A stretch of DNA of 63,888 nt, counting the filler, from Octopus bimaculoides (taxonomy: Eukaryota): NCBI RefSeq assembly GCF_001194135.2. It is 9 parts of 6 records of this genome, joined end to end, with 100 filler letters (N's around TTAATTAATTAA, not from the genome) between each part and the next. Parts side by side here need not be neighbours in the genome. Positions count along the whole stretch, not along the records: positions 56,582 to 58,468 come from NC_068986.1; positions 58,569 to 61,509 come from NC_069004.1; positions 61,610 to 63,888 come from NW_026365653.1; 6 more parts are not named here. One strand, written 5' to 3'. A program made the translations under genes and the position numbers. Positions 56,829-63,888 of this stretch are shown piece after piece. Numbering within the stretch: position 1 is the first letter of the stretch; each line of letters opens with the position of its first letter. The notes beneath the pieces are model-generated. The model did not search any database and was not told the origin of the DNA. It saw only the letters and a program-made list of their open reading frames with translations.

Positions 56829-57061
56829 GCATTCAAGCGTGTTAATATGCATTGTATATATGTGTGTAAAAATTTTCTCCTCCTTATTCCACCGATAGTA
56901 TTGTTTTCTATCTGTAGAAAAAATCTTGCAAAAGATGTACAATAATTATCAACAAAAGCCAAAATAATGGCCGATCGGTACACAGCTGTGTCTTTGAAGA
57001 GTTTGTCTTATCGGAGTTCTTCACTCCAGGTTCTTCTACAAACTCATTCCATAACACTCAC

Positions 57062-57109
57062 CAATCTTCGCAGATATGTTGGCACGGTTCCATGCTAAAC
57101 AAGATTCTA
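57062..57109 (-). CDS. Candidate exon of the unidentified gene (xESCLAWNRANISAKI)
   Basis: aatttcag acceptor (NAGNAG) and G|gtgagt donor; 48 nt, phase 1-1. Confidence 0.45.
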
Positions 57110-57403
57110 CTGAAATTTGATTCTGTATCAATAAGCATGTATGTATGTATGTATGTATGTATGTATGTATGTATGTATGTATGTATGTATGTATGTACGT
57201 GTGTAGGCATGTATGTATGCATGCGTGTGTACGTATGTATACGGGTATGCTTGTGTTACTCTACGTATGAAATGTATATGCATATATATATATATGCATT
57301 GACCTATGTATATGTAGTGTATATTATATGACATATATGCATATATATATATATATGTTTGCGTGTGCGAGTGCACCTGTTTGTGTATGTATCTATGCAT
57401 GTA

Positions 57404-57448
<45 letters not shown>

Positions 57449-57540
57449 GCGATTATCTATATCATGTATACATATATATTATATATACGTATATACATAT
57501 ATAATATAAACTTACTAAATATATATGTATAATATATATA

Positions 57541-57584
<44 letters not shown>

Positions 57585-58331
57585 CGTATCTATCTATCTA
57601 TCTATTTTTTTTCATCGTTGTCCCCACTTTTGTTTTTTTTCTGCTTTGTTTTCGCCCCCCTCGAAAAGAAAAACTCTACATTTGTATTTTGTCCCCTCTA
57701 TGTTGAGCCCTGTGTGGCTAATAAAGAAACATATCTATCTATCTATCTATATACGTAAATATACGTATATATGCTGATATATGAATGTTTGTATGTCTAT
57801 ATATAAAAATATATATCTCTCCACCTGTATGCATATATATTTGTATTATTCTTCTATTCTGTTATTTGTTTCAGTCAGTTGACTGCGGCCATGCTGGAGC
57901 ACCGCCTTGTTCCTGTATGTGTATATACGACTGTGTGTACATGTTTGTATAGCTTTGTTTAAGAATGCATATTTCTCTCTGTTTTTCAGAGTGATCGAGA
58001 TTGTGTATGTTTGTTTCGTACATAAACATGCATTGGTTTTGGCATAATTGTATATATTTTGGCAAATACGTATGTACATACATACATGCATACATTTGTG
58101 CATATTTATATGCAATCTAAATATGAATATATGCATGAATATATATCGGTAAATCTTGTTATTTTCAAAATTTTGGCCCGTTTTTGCATTTTCACAAAAG
58201 TCTGTCGCTGTTCTCCCCTCTCTCTCTTCCCCTCTCTCTTTCACAAACACAATCACACACACACTCTCTCTGTCTATATATATGTGTATATATATATCTA
58301 TAAATATATATGTGAGTGTATGTGAGAGTGC

Positions 58332-58378
<47 letters not shown>

Positions 58379-59812
58379 TGTGTGTGCGAGCTCATATATA
58401 CACGCATATATATATGTACATAGCAGCAAAGGTCTTACATACATACATACATACATACATACATGTATNNNNNNNNNNNNNNNNNNNNNNNNNNNNNNNN
58501 NNNNNNNNNNNNTTAATTAATTAANNNNNNNNNNNNNNNNNNNNNNNNNNNNNNNNNNNNNNNNNNNNCCCCCCCCCCAAAAAAAAAAATTCATCAAACT
58601 GATTCACATTCTCCAAATGTAATCGATTAGTGATACAGAGAAAATTTGTAAAACTTTCCAAGAATTCTCCTCTTGCGGTTACTGGATGAAAACGTGCACG
58701 TACTATATACATACAAGATGACGGTCGTGTAGAAAACTTATTTAAAAGCACGGCAGACGACATTTAAAGCATTTTGTGTTTGAGATATGGAATTATAATT
58801 ATTAATCGAACCTGCCTGTTAAGGTTATCTCTACAGATTTTCTATAGAAATTATAACTAGCATTGATTTGTTACATTTCGTATCCGAGTACGCCTAATGT
58901 AAACAACAATGCGATCGAAGTTGAAGAATGGGTAATGGGTGTATATGCTGTATTTCAAGAGTTTTTGCTTCTTCATCAGCTCTACATCCAACCCTTTAAC
59001 CGTCCACGAACTCATTACTTAAATAACCACTAAATACATGATCTGATGAATAAGTATCCGGACTGTTACCACAGTAACGAAGCTAAAGCACGCAGAGTAA
59101 AGCCGCTTGGAAAAGATTGATCGTGACCTCTGCTGTGCATGTGCACTAAGTTTTAACGTTCTAGCTCACTTCTGCTGTTTATAGCAGTGCTTGGAAGAAA
59201 GGTGTGTAGCGTGTGATCGTCGCATTGACCATGAGAGAGAGATTGAGAGTTGTCATAGCGATACACACTCAGAGGCCTACGCAGCTTTGCAGAAAGCGTA
59301 TGGAGAGGAGTGTATGAGCCGTACACAAGTGCACGAGTGGTTCAGACGTTTCCAAGATGGCCGAAAAAATGTCGATAGTGACGAACGTTCTGGGAGACCC
59401 GCAACCAGCAGAACTGAGAAAAGCATCACAAATGTGGGTGCAGCTGTAATGGGAAGTCGTCGAATTACTATCCGTGAGTTATCAGAGGATGTGCAGATTA
59501 GTTACGACTCAGTTCAGTGCATTATCACTGAAGATTTGGTATGAGACGCGTGTCTGCCAAGTTTGTGTGAAAACTGCTTTCAGCTGACCAAAAAGACACT
59601 CGGGTTTCCGTTGCACAAGATCTTCTTTCTTGTGTAAGAACGATGAAAACTTTTTGAAAACTTTGCATAGGCCTCTGAGCAGTATTGCCATGCTTTTGGC
59701 AAAATTTGATGCAGATTCTCTGCTCAACTTTCTCTGTTATGCTCAATGCGATGAACACACGCTACACATGTTATTTCCAGCAACTGTTGCAAACAGTGGA
59801 AGTGAGCTAGAA

Positions 59813-60838
59813 CAGGGCTTCTCAAACTATCTGATGTGGCGCACCGGCAATTTTTTTCCAATGTGCCAGGGACCGATAATATTTCTTAGTAATATTAATT
59901 TATACCGGAAACAATATAAAGTAGTATTCCGTCGGTTACGACGACGAGGGTCTCAGCTGATACGATCAACGGAACAGCTTGCTCGTGAAATTAACGTGCA
60001 AGTGGCTGAGCATTCCACAGACACGTGTACCCTTAACGTAGTTCTCAGGGAGATTCAGCGTGACACACAGTGTGACAAGGCCGGCTCTTTGAAATACAAG
60101 TACTACTCATTTTTGCCATCTGAGTAGACTGGAGCAACGTTAAATAAAGTGTCTTGCTCAAGGACACAACGCGTCGCCTGGAATTGAACTCACGACCTTA
60201 CGATCGTGAGCCGAATGCCCTAACCACTGAGCCACGCGCCTTCACGGAAACAATATATNNNNNNNNNNNNNNNNNNNNNNNNNNNNNNNNNNNNNNNNNN
60301 NNNNNNNNNNNNNNNNNNNNNNNNNNNNNNNNNNNNNNNNNNNNNNNNNNNNNNNNNNNNNNNNNNNNNNNNNNNNNNNNNNNNNNNNNNNNNNNNNNNN
60401 NNNNNNNNNNNNNNNNNNNNNNNNNNNNNNNNNNNNNNNNNNNNNNNNNNNNNNNNNNNNNNNNNNNNNNNNNNNNNNNNNNNNNNNNNNNNNNNNNNNN
60501 NNNNNNNNNNNNNNNNNNNNNNNNNNNNNNNNNNNNNNNNNNNNNNNNNNNNNNNNNNNNNNNNNNNNNNNNNNNNNNNNNNNNNNNNNNNNNNNNNNNN
60601 NNNNNNNNNNNNNNNNNNNNNNNNNNNNNNNNNNNNNNNNNNNNNATATAATGAATATAATAAAAGTTGACAATTTCTTAATCTTATATTTATTTTGTAA
60701 ACAAATAATACAATATTACATTAACATTTTATAAGCATTTTATAATGTTTTTTTCATTTCTGGAAACTTCCCGCGTACCGGCAGCTGACGGCTCGCGGGC
60801 CGGCACCGGTCCGCAGACCACCACTTTGAGTAGCACTG
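59813..60838. mobile_element. Non-autonomous hAT (Charlie/Buster-type) element nested in the mariner
   Basis: TIRs CAGGGCTTCTCAAAC / CAGTGCTACTCAAAG; perfect 8-bp TSD AGCTAGAA at 59805-12 and 60839-46. Confidence 0.9.
59919..60245 (-). mobile_element. tRNA-derived SINE nested in the hAT element
   Basis: A box TGGCTCAGTGG and B box GAGTTCAATTCC on -; 12-bp TSD GGAAACAATATA at 59907-18 and 60246-57. Confidence 0.9.
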
Positions 60839-62619
60839 AGCTAGAACGTTAAAGCTTAATGCGCATGCACATCAGATTTCATGGTCAATCAGTGCCGAGC
60901 GGCTTTACTCTGCGTGCTTTAGCCTCGTTACTATGACAACCGTCCAGATACTTATTGATCAGACCACGTATAGCGGCGTAACGTATAGCGGTTATACCAA
61001 TTTTACATTTGTAACACATTCCTGTGAGCTGCTACGTACATATTAATGACTTGTAGGGACACCATGTTCTGTTATGCAACTATAATTTACACACGGAGTG
61101 TATTAAACGTTTTATAAGTCACAGGTAGTTAATTTCGATCGGTTACCGAAGTACTAGCATATAAAAGGAAGTTATCAATTTTCAATCAACTACACGTGAC
61201 CGGGGTTGCATCTTTTCTCGAACAGAATCTCCTTTCATACAACACTGCATATTGCGCAGTTTTCTTTTTTAAAATCAAACAGGTCTAAGGAAAGGAAAGA
61301 AAAGAAAGTATACGTATTAATTTCTCTTTGCTTCTTACAGACTCGCAGGTAAGTCTACTGTTCACACAGCTTGCCGATTTATCGATAAACCAAACTGAAA
61401 ACGTAGATCTTAAATCGTTATGTTTACACTCACGGTAGCTTTCGATAAATCAGATTAATAAACGTAAGACCGTAAATCGTTTTTTAACACTAACAGCTGC
61501 TCTTCTATANNNNNNNNNNNNNNNNNNNNNNNNNNNNNNNNNNNNNNNNNNNNTTAATTAATTAANNNNNNNNNNNNNNNNNNNNNNNNNNNNNNNNNNN
61601 NNNNNNNNNATGGTTTCGAGTTCAGTCCCACTGCGTGGCACCTTGGGCAAGTGTCTTCTGCTGTATCCTGGAGCAGACCAAAGCTTTCTGTGTGGATTCA
61701 GTGGACAGAAACTGAAAGCTCGTCGCACGCACACACACACACATGTGTATGTATGCATGTATACGTGTGTATGCGTGTGTGTGTGTATCGTTATGTCCAT
61801 GTTTGTGTCCCCGTCACCACTTAACAGCCGGTGTTGGTGTGTTTATGTCCCTGTAACTTAGCGGTTCGGCAAAAGAGAACGATAGAATGAGTACTCGGCT
61901 TAGAATGTAAAATAAGTTCTGGGGTCGATTCATTCGACTAAAACCCTTTAAGGCGGTGCTCAGGCATGGCCGCAGTCAAATGACTGAAAGAAATATAAGA
62001 ATACAACGGGCTTCTTTCAGTTTCCGTCTACCAAATCCACTGACAATGCTTTGTTCGGGCCGAGGATATAGGAGATACTTGCCGAAGATACCACGCATTT
62101 GGACTTGAAACCAGAACCATCTGCTTGGGAAGCTAACTTCTAACCACATAGCCACGCCTGCGCCTCATACACTAACGCATGCGCACTTTTAAATATTTGA
62201 TGCTGCTGGTAATGCTGCCGCTGTTGCTGCTGCCGTTGTTGTTGCTGCTGTCAGTGCAGCTGCAGCAACAGCAGCAGAAGTGATAAATGAGAAAATAAGG
62301 TAATCATTCTACAGGATGCAGTTGTGGACCAGCGATATTGCAACAGGGGGCTATTAATCACGTGAAAGTATCTCTCTGCCTACTCCTGTCCCCTGACTAC
62401 CACCATCACTGTCAACACCACAGCCCCCGCCACTGCCGCAGAGGCCGACACCGACAATAAAATCCTTCAACTAGGAGTAGCTCGAATTGCTAAAAATAAC
62501 AGCGAAATTTCCCTCAAATTTTATTCCACCCTTCGAATTTTATTTATTAGTTCTTTTACTATAAGCATAAACCCTGAAATTTTGGAGGGTACGGTGCCAG
62601 TCTATTACATCTATCCGTG

Positions 62620-63011
62620 TGTGGAGGCGCAATGGCCCAGTGGTTAGGGCAGCGGACTCGCGGTCATAGGATCGCGGTTTCGATTCCCAGACCGGGCGTT
62701 GTGAGTGTTTATTGAGCGAAAACACCTAAAGCCCCACGAGGCTCCGGCAGGGGATGGTGGCGAACCCTACTGTACTCTTCCACCACAACTTTCTCTCACT
62801 CTTTCTTCCTGTTTCTGTTGTGCCTGTAATTCAAAGGGTCAGCCTTGTCACACTCTGTGTCACGCTGAATATCCCCGAGAACTACGTTAAGGGTACACGT
62901 GTCTGTGGAGTGCTCAGCCACTTGCCCGCTAATTTCACGAGCAGGCTGTTCCATTGATCGGATCAACTGGAACCCTCGACGTCATAAGCGATGGAGTGCC
63001 ACCAAAACCAA
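62620..63011 (+). mobile_element. Full-length tRNA-derived SINE inserted in an older SINE
   Basis: TGGCCCAGTGG and GGTTTCGATTCCC boxes; 17-bp TSD TATTACATCTATCCGTG at 62603-19 and 63012-28; shares its 3' domain with 59919-60245 and about 38870-39033. Confidence 0.9.
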
Positions 63012-63888
63012 TATTACATCTATCCGTGAATTCGAATGCTACTCTTTTTATTGACCCAGGACGAATGGAAAGTAAAAATCCAATTTGGCGGAATTTGAAC
63101 TCAGCACGTAGGGAGCAAGAAGAAATGCCGTTAAACCATTTCTTAAAGATTAAATTTTAAAGTACAACTGTAAAATCATTCTCAGAAATCCTCTAAAAAT
63201 AAGTCTGCGCGATCACGAACGGGATGCTTTGCATCATGGATAAACTCGATCAGATTTTCCTGGGACTATACAACAACAACAGTAACAACAACAACTACAA
63301 CAACAATGACAATAACAACAAGAATAACACCTCCCTTCCTTCATTCCCTTTCTTCCTTCCTTCTCTTTCTTCCTTTCTTCCATTCATAATTGTACCCAAC
63401 CTGTTTGACTTCTACTCCATCATTTTCCTTAAAACCTCTCCTCTACTTCATTTAAAGAAGGCCTCCCCCACCCCTTATATTACAGCTCCCCATCATTTTA
63501 AAGCCTACCTAACCCCTTCATCAAACCCTAAATGCCTCAAACCTCAAACCTCATCCTTCAAAACCGTCGTGCCACGTCATTCGTTTCAAAACAGCAGCCA
63601 TGTTTCATTGCGTTTTGTCAGCTTTTAGCGTTGGAGAGTTCATTTGTAATGAGTCTGCGTACTTGTTGGTTTGTCTACATGTGTATATGAGTGTGTATGT
63701 ACGTACGTACGTATGTATGTATGTATGTCTGTATGTATGTCTGTATGTATGTATGTCTGTATGTGAGCATGTTTGTATGCATGTATTCATGCGTGTATGT
63801 ATGTATGTATGTTTGTATGTATGTATGTATGTATATAAGTATGTATGTATATGGGTAGGCATGTATGTGTGTATATGTGCGCGTTTGT

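Larger units (their letters stand above)
59037..60968. mobile_element. Tc1/mariner derivative with two inverted 5' ends and a partial transposase
   Basis: TA at 59035-36 and 60969-70; TIRs CATGATCTGATGAATAAGTATCCGGAC / CGTGGTCTGATCAATAAGTATCTGGAC. The + strand reads AYGEECMSRTQVHEWFRRFQDGR...DERSGRP...RITIRELS; the - strand reads EQRICIKFCQKHGNT. Confidence 0.9.
5709..61565. other. Eight artificial scaffold spacers TTAATTAATTAA within 100-nt N gaps (5709, 11294, 35070, 39158, 47588, 56526, 58513, 61554)
   Basis: Identical 12-mer centred between 44 Ns on each side; it places stops in all six frames. Confidence 0.97.

Noticed and set aside
5709-61565. Recurrent TTAATTAATTAA palindromes (PacI/piggyBac-like or CRISPR-like spacing)
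   Set aside because: Always centred in 100-nt N blocks; an assembly spacer. No CRISPR array exists in this eukaryotic window.

Overview
AT-rich, microsatellite-dense eukaryotic DNA from a gapped draft assembly. Eight joins have the form N44-TTAATTAATTAA-N44. The repeat style suggests an octopus genome (inference). Almost all long ORFs in the supplied track are artefacts of N runs and simple repeats. Supported genes: (1) the last two coding exons of a PACS (phosphofurin acidic cluster sorting) gene on + at 14529-14636 and 16574-16689; (2) the last two coding exons of a C2orf73/CIMIP6-like gene on - at 33889-33998 and 31234-31380; (3) an unrecognised, phase-consistent multi-exon model on - between about 38.6 and 57.1 kb. 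Much of the rest is transposon debris: two R4/Dong-type non-LTR elements sitting in (TAA)n tracts, RTE LINEs, a young Gypsy element with its 3' LTR, a solo LTR, piggyBac-type MITEs, a mariner>hAT>SINE triple nest with TSDs at every level, Penelope remnants and several tRNA-derived SINE families. The most notable observation is an apparently intact type I hammerhead ribozyme at 48311-48439, with a palindromic stem III and an 84-nt structured insert in stem II, plus degenerate relatives elsewhere. All homology calls are from memory of protein and repeat families; no search was run.
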